NCBI GenBank assembly: GCA_049942965.1
Contig: CP188088.1
Span: forward strand, 120,001-152,000
Direction of reading: 5' to 3'
DNA length: 32,000 nucleotides
Source: Candidatus Saccharimonadota bacterium
GTDB lineage: Bacteria; Pseudomonadota; Gammaproteobacteria; Enterobacterales; Enterobacteriaceae
Part shown: positions 20,120 through 28,908 of the stretch, piece by piece
Numbering within the stretch: position 1 is the first letter of the stretch
How the letters are laid out: each line of letters opens with the position of its first letter
Translations under genes and position numbers: made by a program
The notes under the pieces: generated by a model
Databases searched by the model: none
Seen by the model: the letters and a program-made list of their open reading frames with translations, nothing else
Told to the model about the DNA's origin: nothing

Positions 20120-21217
20120 CTATAATTCAAGTTGTAAGTTAGATAGAATAAATAATTCTAAATTTCCGTTTAATACTTCGTTTATTTTTCTAGTTTCTAT
20201 ACCAGTTCTTAAATCTTTAATTCTAGATTGATCTAATACATAAGAACGAATTTGTTGTCCCCAAGTAATATTAGATTTTTGGTTTTCTATTTTTTTTTTT
20301 TGTATTTCTTCTTTTTTATTTTGTAATTGATTTAGTTTCTCTTTAATTTGTTTTAAAGCTTGTTCTTTATTTTTATGTTGAGATCGATTTTTTTGACATT
20401 GTGTAATAATTCCTGTAGGTAAATGAGTAATACGAACTGCTGATTCTGTTCTATTAACATGTTGTCCTCCAGCTCCAGATGATCTATAAACATCAATTCG
20501 TAATTCAGATGTATCGATTTTAATTTCTTTATTTTTATAAATGTCTGGATATACGAAAATTGAACAAAAAGAAGTATGTCTGCGGTTTCCTGTATCAAAA
20601 GGACTTTTTCGAACTAATCGATGTATTCCACTTTCTGTTCTCATCCATCCGAAAGAAAATTGTCCAGAAATTTTAATGGTTGCTGATTTAATTCCAATTA
20701 TTTCACCAATCGTTTGTTCTATAATTTTAGTTTTAAATTTCTTTAATTCACACCAACGTAAATACATTTTAAGAAGAATTTGTGCCCAATCCTGAGATTC
20801 AATACCTCCAGAACCAGATTGTATATCTATATAACAATTGTATTTGTCTTCTTTTTTTGTAAAAAAATGTATTTTTTTTATATTTTGAATTTTTTTTTCT
20901 ATTTCTAAAATTTCTATTTTAATTTCTTGCAACATTGAGAAATCAGAAGTATTTTCTATTATTTTAAACAAATCATTTATATCTTGAATAGAATTTTTAA
21001 TTATTTCTATAGGTTCAACGATTTTTTCTAAAAAGTTTTTTTTTTCGTATAGTTTTTTTATTTTTTTAGAATTATTCCAATTTCTTATTTTATTTAATTT
21101 TTCTGAAATTATATTTAGTTTTTTTTTTTTACTTTGTAATCAAAGGTTCCTCCAAAGTTTTTTAGTTTCTTTATTAATTTCTATAATTTTATTTCTTATT
21201 GCATTATTTTCTGACAT
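20120..21217 (-). CDS. prfB: peptide chain release factor 2, with an internal UGA at codon 26 (recoding site)
   Basis: The body ORF has DIQSGSGGIESQDWA, RKSPFDTGNRRHTSF (SPF) and SGAGGQHVNRTESAVRITH (GGQ). A 25-codon leader, ATG(21217)...CTT, is followed by TGA at 21142-21140. This matches E. coli prfB. See the finding on its unusual frame relationship. Confidence 0.9.
21119..21130 (-). repeat. A12 homopolymer where the prfB +1 frame and zero frame exchange homology
   Basis: T at 21119-21120 plus 10 T at 21121-21130, flanked by g21118 and a21131. Confidence 0.9.
21139..21153 (-). promoter_or_regulatory. prfB recoding cassette: SD-like GGAGG, 3-nt spacer, CUU UGA U
   Basis: The minus strand reads GGAGG AAC CTT TGA T (21153..21139). 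E. coli has AGGGGG TAT CTT TGA C at the same codon position. Confidence 0.85.
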
Positions 21218-21345
21218 AATTATTTTCTCATTTTTGTTTTTTATATTTTTAATAAAACTTTTTTAGTTTATCAGTGTTTTTTTAAATGAGAAAACGTTTT
21301 TTGTAAAATTTAAAAATTTTATTAATATGAACTTTTTTTAAAAGT

Positions 21346-22311
21346 TTGGAAATTATGATTATGATTAATATAAAAGAACAATTCGTTTATTCTTCTTCTC
21401 AAGAAATACCAGATTCTTTTATCATATTAAATGATTGGTCTTGTATATTTGTTAATGGACCAGACAGTGAAAAATATTTACAAACACAATTAACAGTTGA
21501 CATGTCTTCTTTTAATTCTGAAATGTATTATTTTTCTGCTTATTGTAACAATAAAGGTAAGGTTTGGAGTATTTGTAGAGTATTTCGTTATAAAAATGGT
21601 TTTCTTTGTATTTTTAGAAAATCTGTTACAAAAAGAATAATATTAGAACTCAAAAAATATTCAATTTTTTCTGATGTTAATATCGTTGAAGAAATCAATT
21701 TAATTTTAGTTGGTTTGATTGGAAAGAACATAAAAAAAATATTAAAAAATTATATTAGTAGTTCTAAAGAGAAAATGATTGAACATTCTAACTTTATGAG
21801 CGTTCTCAAATTTAAGAATCCAATAGAACGATTTTTATTAATTTTAAATAAATCTTTTTTTAGATCTTTTAAAAAAAAAAACATCAAAAAACTATCAATC
21901 AGTTCTTCCATTCAATGGAATGCTTTAGAAGTTGAATCTGGATATCCTATAATTGATTATGATATGATGTTGAAATTTTTTCCACAAGATGTTAATTTAG
22001 ATTTATTAAATGGTATAAGCGTTAATAAGGGTTGTTATTTAGGTCAAGAAATTATAACAAAAATTCATTATTTTAAAAATAATTCCAAAAGATTATATAA
22101 TTTGAAGGGAATTTCGTTAGAAAATAAAATTAAATTAAATTCTATTTTAAAAATTAAATTTAATAAGAACAAAATTAATTCTGGATTAGTTTTATTTACA
22201 TTTAGAACATATGATGGTTATTTTTGGATACAAGTGGTATTAACAAAAAAAATAAAATTAGAAAAAGAAGTATATATATTTGATTTAAAAAAAAATTTTT
22301 TGGTAATTTAG
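21346..22311 (+). CDS. ygfZ: folate-binding tRNA-modification protein YgfZ. The true start is probably the ATG at 21355 or 21361.
   Basis: The ORF contains LNDWSCIFVNGPDSEKYLQTQLTVD, ELKKYSIFSDV, QWNALEVESGYPIID and KGCYLGQEI. E. coli YgfZ has [51 protein letters not shown] and KGCYTGQEM. Confidence 0.9.
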   Translation: MEIMIMINIKEQFVYSSSQEIPDSFIILNDWSCIFVNGPDSEKYLQTQLTVDMSSFNSEMYYFSAYCNNKGKVWSICRVFRYKNGFLCIFRKSVTKRIILELKKYSIFSDVNIVEEINLILVGLIGKNIKKILKNYISSSKEKMIEHSNFMSVLKFKNPIERFLLILNKSFFRSFKKKNIKKLSISSSIQWNALEVESGYPIIDYDMMLKFFPQDVNLDLLNGISVNKGCYLGQEIITKIHYFKNNSKRLYNLKGISLENKIKLNSILKIKFNKNKINSGLVLFTFRTYDGYFWIQVVLTKKIKLEKEVYIFDLKKNFLVI

Positions 22312-22363
22312 AAATAAATAAATTTTATAAAAAGTTTTGCACATCTAAAATTAATTTAATAAT

Positions 22364-23005
22364 ATGAATCAAGAAGGTATTTTATTTATTATTTCAGCTC
22401 CAAGTGGAACTGGAAAATCTAGTTTAATCAAAGAATTTTTAAAAAAAAATTTTTTATTAAACATAAAATCGTCAATATCTTATACTACTAGGAGTAGCAG
22501 GCCTGGAGAACATCAAGGAAAGCATTATTATTTTATTTCTAAAAAACAATTTCATTGTATGATAAAAAAAAATTTTTTTTTAGAGTATGCAAAAGTATTT
22601 AATCATTATTATGGAACTTCTAAAAAAAATATATATAAACTTTTATCAAAAGGAATTAATGTTTTTTTGGATATTGATTGGCAAGGTGCTAAACAAATTA
22701 GGTCGTTGATTAAAAAAACTTGTAGTATTTTTTTATTACCTCCTTCAAAAAAAGAGCTATATAGAAGATTGAGAAATAGAAATCAAGATAGTGATTCGGT
22801 AATTTATGATCGTATCAACTTATCAATTTCAGAAATAATGCATTATAAAGAGTATGATTATGTCATTATTAATGATGATTTAAATTCAGCAATTTTAGAA
22901 TTAGAATTAATCATTAAATCTAAAACATCACAAATTTATTATCGGAAAAAAAAATATAATTTTTTAATTAAGAAACTAATAAAAGAAAAATTACTACTAA
23001 ATTAG
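22364..23005 (+). CDS. gmk: guanylate kinase
   Basis: The ORF contains ISAPSGTGKSSLIKEF, YTTRSSRPGEHQGKHYYF, FLEYAKVFNHYYGT and DIDWQGAKQI. Confidence 0.95.
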   Translation: MNQEGILFIISAPSGTGKSSLIKEFLKKNFLLNIKSSISYTTRSSRPGEHQGKHYYFISKKQFHCMIKKNFFLEYAKVFNHYYGTSKKNIYKLLSKGINVFLDIDWQGAKQIRSLIKKTCSIFLLPPSKKELYRRLRNRNQDSDSVIYDRINLSISEIMHYKEYDYVIINDDLNSAILELELIIKSKTSQIYYRKKKYNFLIKKLIKEKLLLN

Positions 23006-23044
23006 TAAACTGTATTTGTAAAATTTTTTTGTTTATTTTTTAAA

Positions 23045-23071
23045 AAAATCTTCAATAAAATTGAAGATTTT
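23045..23071. terminator. candidate bidirectional rho-independent terminator between convergent gmk and typA
   Basis: It has a perfect 12-bp stem, AAAATCTTCAAT (23045-23056) and ATTGAAGATTTT (23060-23071), with a 3-nt loop. An A-run lies upstream and a T-run downstream. The stem is AT-rich, so its stability is modest. Confidence 0.5.
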
Positions 23072-23095
23072 ATTTTTTATTTTTTTTGGTTTTTT

Positions 23096-24919
23096 TTATT
23101 TTTTTGTTTTTCTTTTTAAGATTTTTCTTTCATTTTCTGTAATTTGTTTTTTTCTAATTCTAATAGAATTAGGAGTAATTTCAACTAGTTCATCTTCATT
23201 AATAAAACTTAATGCACTTTCTAGCGTCATTTGTTTTATATTAATTAGATTAATTGCTTCATCAGTACCAGAAGCTCTCATATTAGTCAGTTTTTTTCCA
23301 GTAAGACAATTTACAGTTAAATCGTTAGAACGATTATGTATTCCAATTACTTGTCCTTCATATATTTTTTCTCCATGATTTACTAATAATTTACCTCTAT
23401 CTTGTAAATTAAACAAAGAAAACGCAACAGCAGTTCCTGTTTTGTTTGCTATTAGTACTCCATTTTTTCTATTCCTAGTTTCAGTTTGATTATTAACTTT
23501 CTTATAGTGACTAAAAGAAGAATAAAATAAACCAGTTCCTGAAGTAATATTTAAATATTCTGTTCTAAATCCTATTAATGTTCGACTAGATAGTAAATAA
23601 TCTAGTCGTATTCTTCCATTTTTATGTATTATTATATTTTTTAGTGTTCCTCTTTTTTCTCCAATAAAATTCATAACTATTCCTTGATGTTTACTTTCTA
23701 TGTCTAAAGTTACATTTTCAAATGGTTCTTGTAATATGTCATTTTTTTTTAAAAATATAACTTTAGGTCTAGATACTTCTAATTCAAATCCTTCTCTACG
23801 CATATTTTCAATTAATATTGATAAATGCAATTCTCCTCTTCCATGTACACAGAATGTATTTGAATTTTCTGTTTTTTCAACTTTTAAAGCAATATTATGT
23901 ATTAGTTCTTTTTTTAGTCTTCTATAGATTTGATGAGATGTAATATATTTTCCTTCTTTTCCAGAAAAAGGAGATTTATTTACAGAAAAATACATTTTAA
24001 TTGTTGGTTTATCTATATTTAACTTTGGTAATGGTTTTGTTGTATTTATTTCACAAATAGTATCAGAGATATTTATTTTTTCTAATCCTGTGATTGCTAC
24101 TATTGATCCAGACAAAGCAAAATTACATGGTATTCTTTTTAAACCCATATAGTTTAATACTTGTTGTATTTTTCCAACTTTAATAATACCATCTGTATTA
24201 ATTATATTTACTTGTTGGTTATTTTTTATTTTTCCTTGTTTGATTCTTCCAATTCCAATTATTCCAAGATAATTATCATAGTCTAATTGAGAAATTTGCA
24301 TTTGTAGTTTTTTGTGATAGTTTTTTTTAGGTGCTGGAACATAGTTTATAATTGTTTTATATATTTCATCCATATTGTTTTTTATTTTTTTTAGATTTTT
24401 TCCAGAAGTTCCTTGAATTGCAGAACAATAAATAATTGGAAAATCTAATTGTTTTTCGTTTGCATCAAGTTCTATAAAAAGATCGAATACTTGATCTACA
24501 ACCCAGTTTGGACGAGAATTTTCTCTATCAATTTTGTTAATCACAACAATTGGATTTAACTTATATTCAAAAGCTTTTTTTGTGACAAAACGTGTTTGAG
24601 GCATAGGACCTTCAGTAGCATCAACAATTAATAATACTGAATCAACCATAGACAATATTCGTTCTACTTCTCCTCCAAAATCAGAATGACCTGGGGTATC
24701 TACAATATTTATATGATATCCATTCCATTGAATTGCAATATTTTTAGATAAGATAGTTATTCCTCTTTCTTTTTCTAATTCATTAGAATCTAGTATTCTT
24801 TCTTTTTTTTCTTCATGTTCTTTAAATGTTCCTGCTTGTTGTAGTAATTTATCGATTAGAGTTGTTTTCCCATGATCCACATGAGCTACAATAGCTACAT
24901 TTCTTAAATTTTGATTCAT
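23096..24919 (-). CDS. typA: translational GTPase TypA/BipA
   Basis: The sequence LRNVAIVAHVDHGKTTLIDKLLQQAGTF...ERGITILSKN...VDTPGHSDFGGEVERILSMVDSVLLIVDATEGPMPQTRFVTKKAF is nearly identical in pattern to E. coli BipA. Confidence 0.96.
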   Translation of the reverse strand: MNQNLRNVAIVAHVDHGKTTLIDKLLQQAGTFKEHEEKKERILDSNELEKERGITILSKNIAIQWNGYHINIVDTPGHSDFGGEVERILSMVDSVLLIVDATEGPMPQTRFVTKKAFEYKLNPIVVINKIDRENSRPNWVVDQVFDLFIELDANEKQLDFPIIYCSAIQGTSGKNLKKIKNNMDEIYKTIINYVPAPKKNYHKKLQMQISQLDYDNYLGIIGIGRIKQGKIKNNQQVNIINTDGIIKVGKIQQVLNYMGLKRIPCNFALSGSIVAITGLEKINISDTICEINTTKPLPKLNIDKPTIKMYFSVNKSPFSGKEGKYITSHQIYRRLKKELIHNIALKVEKTENSNTFCVHGRGELHLSILIENMRREGFELEVSRPKVIFLKKNDILQEPFENVTLDIESKHQGIVMNFIGEKRGTLKNIIIHKNGRIRLDYLLSSRTLIGFRTEYLNITSGTGLFYSSFSHYKKVNNQTETRNRKNGVLIANKTGTAVAFSLFNLQDRGKLLVNHGEKIYEGQVIGIHNRSNDLTVNCLTGKKLTNMRASGTDEAINLINIKQMTLESALSFINEDELVEITPNSIRIRKKQITENERKILKRKTKK

Positions 24920-25051
24920 AATTAGTTTTTTTCCTAGTTAATGTAAAATTGAATTATTATTATTTCTAATAATATTTAATTGTTAATTAATTTGATTAAA
25001 ATAGGACTTTTTGATAGGTTTTTTAATTTTATTATAATCTATTTTCTTATT

Positions 25052-25056
25052 AGGAG
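25052..25056 (+). promoter_or_regulatory. Shine-Dalgarno (AGGAG) for engB
   Basis: AGGAG lies 8 nt upstream of the ATG at 25065. Confidence 0.5.
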
Positions 25057-25064
25057 TATTCTAT

Positions 25065-25673
25065 ATGTTTAAAAAATATCAAAATACTGTTTTTTTGACT
25101 AGTATATTTAACACAGAAAAAAAATATTTGTTTAATAATGGAAAAGAGGTTGCTTTTTTAGGATTTTCTAATTCCGGAAAATCAAGTTTAGTAAATTTTT
25201 TATCAAACAATAATTTTTTATCTAGAACTAGCAATAAATTAGGTTGTACTAAATCAATTAATTTTTTTGAAATTATGTCTGGATATCGTTTAGTAGATTT
25301 ACCTGGATATGGTTATTCTAAATTGTCAAAAAGAAATAAAGAAAACATAAAAAAATTGCTGAAAATGTATTTAAGTCATAGTACTTGTTTAGTAGGCGTT
25401 CTGCTTGTAGTTGATATTAGACGTTTATTACGTTTGCTTGATTTTTTCATCATAAAATATTTAATTAAAAACAAAAAACGTTTTGTTATTGTTTTAACCA
25501 AATCAGACAAATTAAAAAAACATTTATTAAGAAAACAATTTTTAGTTTTAAAAAAACAGATTTCTTGTTTTTTCTATAAAATAGAAATAATAATTATTTC
25601 TATCAAGGAAAAAAACAAAGCTAAAAAACTTCAAGAAAAAATTAATAATTTTTTTTTGAATGATGTTTTTTAG
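25065..25673 (+). CDS. engB: ribosome-biogenesis GTPase EngB (YihA/YsxC)
   Basis: The G1 motif is GFSNSGKSSLVN, G3 is DLPGYGY and G4 is TKSDKL. It is convergent with polA, as in E. coli. Confidence 0.85.
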   Translation: MFKKYQNTVFLTSIFNTEKKYLFNNGKEVAFLGFSNSGKSSLVNFLSNNNFLSRTSNKLGCTKSINFFEIMSGYRLVDLPGYGYSKLSKRNKENIKKLLKMYLSHSTCLVGVLLVVDIRRLLRLLDFFIIKYLIKNKKRFVIVLTKSDKLKKHLLRKQFLVLKKQISCFFYKIEIIIISIKEKNKAKKLQEKINNFFLNDVF

Positions 25674-27359
25674 CTAAAATAATCGATTCCGATCTTCTTC
25701 AATTTTGACGTTTATTTCAATGATTGTTCTTGTATTTTGAAATTTTTTTTTATTATTTTACAAATGCATTTTTTTAGTTTTATGATGTATTTTTTTAATT
25801 TTAGATGTATTTTTAAAACAAATCCTTTTTGTATTAATTTGTTAATTTTTATCATTGAAATTTTTAGTATATTTAAAAATAATTCTTTAACTGTAAGATT
25901 TATAGCTTGTCTTTCTGTTAATCGTTGAATAGAGATATTTTTTGAATCGATATTTTTAATATTTATTTTTTTTCTAGTAATAGTTGTTATTTGTTCATTT
26001 TTTTTGTTTTTTAATTATTTTTTAGAAAACAAAAAATAGGCATTTTTTTATACTTTTTATAACATGTTTCTTGATATTTTTTTTAAATTTTTTAAAACTA
26101 ATGTTTATTTTTTTAGATAATTCAAAATTACTTATTCCATAAATTAGACAAAAATTTATAATTTTTACAAGTTATCTTTGTTGTATTGGTTTTTTTTTAA
26201 TTATTTTTGAAAATGTATTAGAAGTTGTTACAAGATAAACATTTTCATTTTTTTTGAAATTTTTAATCAATTTTTTATTTTTTGAAAAATTTATAATTAT
26301 TCTTAATTTAATTTGAAAACAATTAGTTGATAATAATACATTACCTTTAATTGAAATAAGTGATTTTTTTATTTTCTTTTTTTTTTCTATTTTTTTTATA
26401 GGAATATTTTTTAGATTTGGAAATTTGGAAAAATTCTTCTGCTAATTGTTGTTGTTTGATAGTAAGAAGTATATATTTTTTTTATTGTTGTTAAATTTAT
26501 TAATTTTATAATACAAGTTAGATGTTGTTTTTTTAAACTATGATACTTTAAAGTACTCTTTGGAAAAGAACCGTTTTTTAATAGTTTTTTCAAGACTAAT
26601 TTGTCAATTGATATGTTGCTTTTTTTTTGTTTTTTATCTAAATTTAAATGTCTTTTTAATCAAATTTGAACAATTGTTTGATTTGAGGAAACATTAAATT
26701 TTTTTATTTCTAGTTTTTGTATATTTGTTTTTTGTTTGGTAGTTTTTTATTTATTTTATTTAATTTTTTTTTATTGTTTTTTATCTATAAGAATTCCGTT
26801 TATTTCCATTCTGGAAATTACCAATATGATCGGAATATCAATTTTTTAGAATATTTTTTATTCTGTCTTTTTTTAGGAAATAGTTAATTTTCTATATAAA
26901 TAGAAATTTATTTTAGATTTTTTTTTATTTTATTTTTTTCATTTAGTAGTTTTTCTGTTAAAAAATTAATGTATTTCTTTTTCTTTTTTTATGTTTTTTT
27001 TTAAAACGAATCTATTATATATAATCCTAACATTATTTCAAAGTATATTCCTAATAAGATTACATTTTCTTTTTTTAATAATAGATAATTTAATTTAAAG
27101 TTTTATCCATTTTTTTATATTTATATTTTCTAAATATGGTTTTAGATTACTTAAAATAAATTTAAGATTAAATTTATTTTTTTGTTAGAATAATTAAAAT
27201 AAATAATAGATTTTTCTTTAGTAGAAAACATACTAATCTTAATAATTTCTTTTAAATAAAAACTATTTATTTTTTTTAAAAAAATAGAGAAACAATCTAA
27301 TTTTTTTTATTCTTTTTTAAATATTTTTTAATTTATTTTTATTAAATATTTTTTATTTA
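25674..27359 (-). pseudogene. polA: eroded remnant of the polA Klenow portion (3'-5' exonuclease and polymerase domains)
   Basis: Hand-translated minus-strand fragments are collinear with E. coli Pol I. 27240-27181: KISMFSTKEKSIIYF vs VFAFDTETDSL. ORF 26411-26593: KIYTSYYQTTTISRRIFPNFQI vs [27 protein letters not shown]. 26336-26301: LLSTNCFQIKLR vs IVSADYSQIELR. 26180-26112: QR*LVKIINFCLIYGISNFELSKK vs [23 protein letters not shown], with an in-frame TAA at 26174-26172. 25918-25889: TERQAINLTV vs AERAAINAPM. 25819-25796: VLKIHLKL vs IMQVHDEL. There are multiple stops and frame changes. Confidence 0.85.
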
Positions 27360-28259
27360 TTATTTAAGTGGTATTTTTTTTTTTGAAAAAATATTGATTA
27401 TATTTTTCCAATTTTTAAATTCAAATTTTTTTAATAATATTTCTATTTTTTTTTCGTTTAGATTTTTTAATTTTAGTGCTTTTTTCTTAATTTTAATTGG
27501 AACATTAGTATTGATGGTGGCAAGTTTTTTGGATAAAAATGCTTCTTTTTTATTATTTTTCACTATTTTTTGAACGTTACTTGATCTTTTTACTGGTATA
27601 TTTGATATTTTGTTTATGTCATTATATATTTCTTTTAGAGAATCAAATTTTTCTAATAGTAATATTGCTGTTTTTTTTCCAATTCCTTTAACTCCTGGTA
27701 TATTATCTGAATTATCTCCTATTAATCCTAAAAAATCGCATATTTGTTTTGGAAAAACTCCATATTTTTTTTTTATTTCTATAATTCCAAGAATTTTTTT
27801 TTTTGTTCCATCAATTATTTTTATTTTTTTAGATACTAATTGAGCCATATCTTTATCTTTAGTACTTATAAAAACAGAGTAATTTTTTTTTTCATACATT
27901 TTGCTAAGTGTACCAATTACATCGTCTGCTTCAAATTTAGAAACTATTACTACTGGAATTCCTAAATATTTAATAATTTTTATTATATGAATAATTTGTT
28001 TTTGCAAAAGCAATGGCATTTTTTTTCTATTAGATTTATATTTTGAAAATAATATTTTTCTAAAATTCTTTATAGGTGAATCAAAAATGACAATTAAATT
28101 TTTAGGATTATATAAAACAAACATTTTAGAAATCATATTTATTAATCCAAAAATTGCTCCAGTAGGTTCTTTTTTTTTATTTTCAAAAGTAGGAAAAGTA
28201 TAATAAAATTTATATAAATAAAATGTTCCATCAATTAATATAATTTTTGATTTTTTCAT
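27360..28259 (-). CDS. polA: DNA polymerase I, 5'-3' exonuclease domain only
   Basis: The 299-aa ORF has ILIDGTFYLYKFYY, FDSP..FR...YKSNR, EADDVIGTL, DKDMAQLV, GLIGDNSDNIPGVKGIGKKTA and FEFKNW. It ends at a TAA just after the exonuclease domain boundary. Confidence 0.92.
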   Translation of the reverse strand: MKKSKIILIDGTFYLYKFYYTFPTFENKKKEPTGAIFGLINMISKMFVLYNPKNLIVIFDSPIKNFRKILFSKYKSNRKKMPLLLQKQIIHIIKIIKYLGIPVVIVSKFEADDVIGTLSKMYEKKNYSVFISTKDKDMAQLVSKKIKIIDGTKKKILGIIEIKKKYGVFPKQICDFLGLIGDNSDNIPGVKGIGKKTAILLLEKFDSLKEIYNDINKISNIPVKRSSNVQKIVKNNKKEAFLSKKLATINTNVPIKIKKKALKLKNLNEKKIEILLKKFEFKNWKNIINIFSKKKIPLK

Positions 28260-28867
28260 TTTTTTATTAAGTATTTAATTATTTTAGTATATTCTAGGAT
28301 AAAATTTTCTAACGAATCAGAATTTAAAGATTCTGTTAGAATCATATATTTTCCATTAATAATAATTTGAGGTACATAAGATAAATAAATTTTTTTACTT
28401 TGTTTTTTATTTTCAGCAATAAGGTTTAATACAGAGTAACTATTCCATAATTTATAAAATTCTTGTTTTGAAATATTTGTATTTTCTATAAATATTTTTT
28501 TTATTGCTCTAAAGTTAATTTGGTTTTTTGTTTCATTTATGAATTCAAATATTGGTAAAATAATTTTGTTTTCTACATGAATAAGTTTAGCTATGGACCA
28601 AATATGAGTTAGTATTTTTTCTTGTTTGTTTTTAAAAAATTCTACATGATATGAATTTATTTTTATATTTTTACTTAAATGCGAATAAAGATGTAGTTCT
28701 TTTTCAAATTGATAACAATATTTGCAATAAAAGGAAAAATACTCAGTTATAGTAGCAGCATTTTCTATTGGATTTGGAAGTCGAATATAATTTGTTCCTT
28801 CTAAAAAAGTTTGTGAATTTACTTTACATGAGAAAATAAAAACAATAATAAAAATTATTTTTTTCAT
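28256..28867 (-). CDS. dsbA: periplasmic thiol:disulfide oxidoreductase DsbA (active site CKYC)
   Basis: It has a signal-peptide-like N-terminus. EYFSFYCKYCYQFE matches E. coli EFFSFFCPHCYQFE, the cis-Pro loop YVPQIIINGKY matches GVPAMFVNGKY, and the C-terminus is YTKIIKYL. The TGA stop overlaps the polA ATG. Confidence 0.85.
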   Translation of the reverse strand: MKKIIFIIVFIFSCKVNSQTFLEGTNYIRLPNPIENAATITEYFSFYCKYCYQFEKELHLYSHLSKNIKINSYHVEFFKNKQEKILTHIWSIAKLIHVENKIILPIFEFINETKNQINFRAIKKIFIENTNISKQEFYKLWNSYSVLNLIAENKKQSKKIYLSYVPQIIINGKYMILTESLNSDSLENFILEYTKIIKYLIKK

Positions 28868-28908
28868 AATTTTCCTACAAAAATATTAATTGATAATAAA
28901 TAAAACTT

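Noticed and set aside
20353-20598. An 81-aa minus-strand ORF in an alternative frame inside prfB
   Set aside because: It overlaps the region encoding the conserved RF2 SPF and GGQ motifs in another frame. It has no recognisable similarity and is most likely a chance ORF.
23061-23378. Other shadow ORFs: 549..731, 3395..3625, 6871..7170, 9730..9954, 10007..10309, 10806..11045, 20541..20795, 23061..23378, 23700..23927, 27610..27843 and 30589..30777
   Set aside because: Each lies fully inside, and antisense to, a confidently identified gene: recC, mscS, yhgN, holA, leuS, prfB, typA, polA or mutS. All have low-complexity hydrophobic translations.
25737-25928. A 63-aa plus-strand ORF next to engB
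   Set aside because: It is antisense to the motif C and C-terminal relic of polA. Its translation is low-complexity, poly-T derived and Phe-rich.
26411-26593. A 60-aa ORF that could be taken for a small novel protein
   Set aside because: Its C-terminal half (KIYTSYYQTTTISRRIFPNFQI) is the Pol I [25 protein letters not shown] region. It is a fragment of the eroded polA Klenow remnant, not an independent gene.
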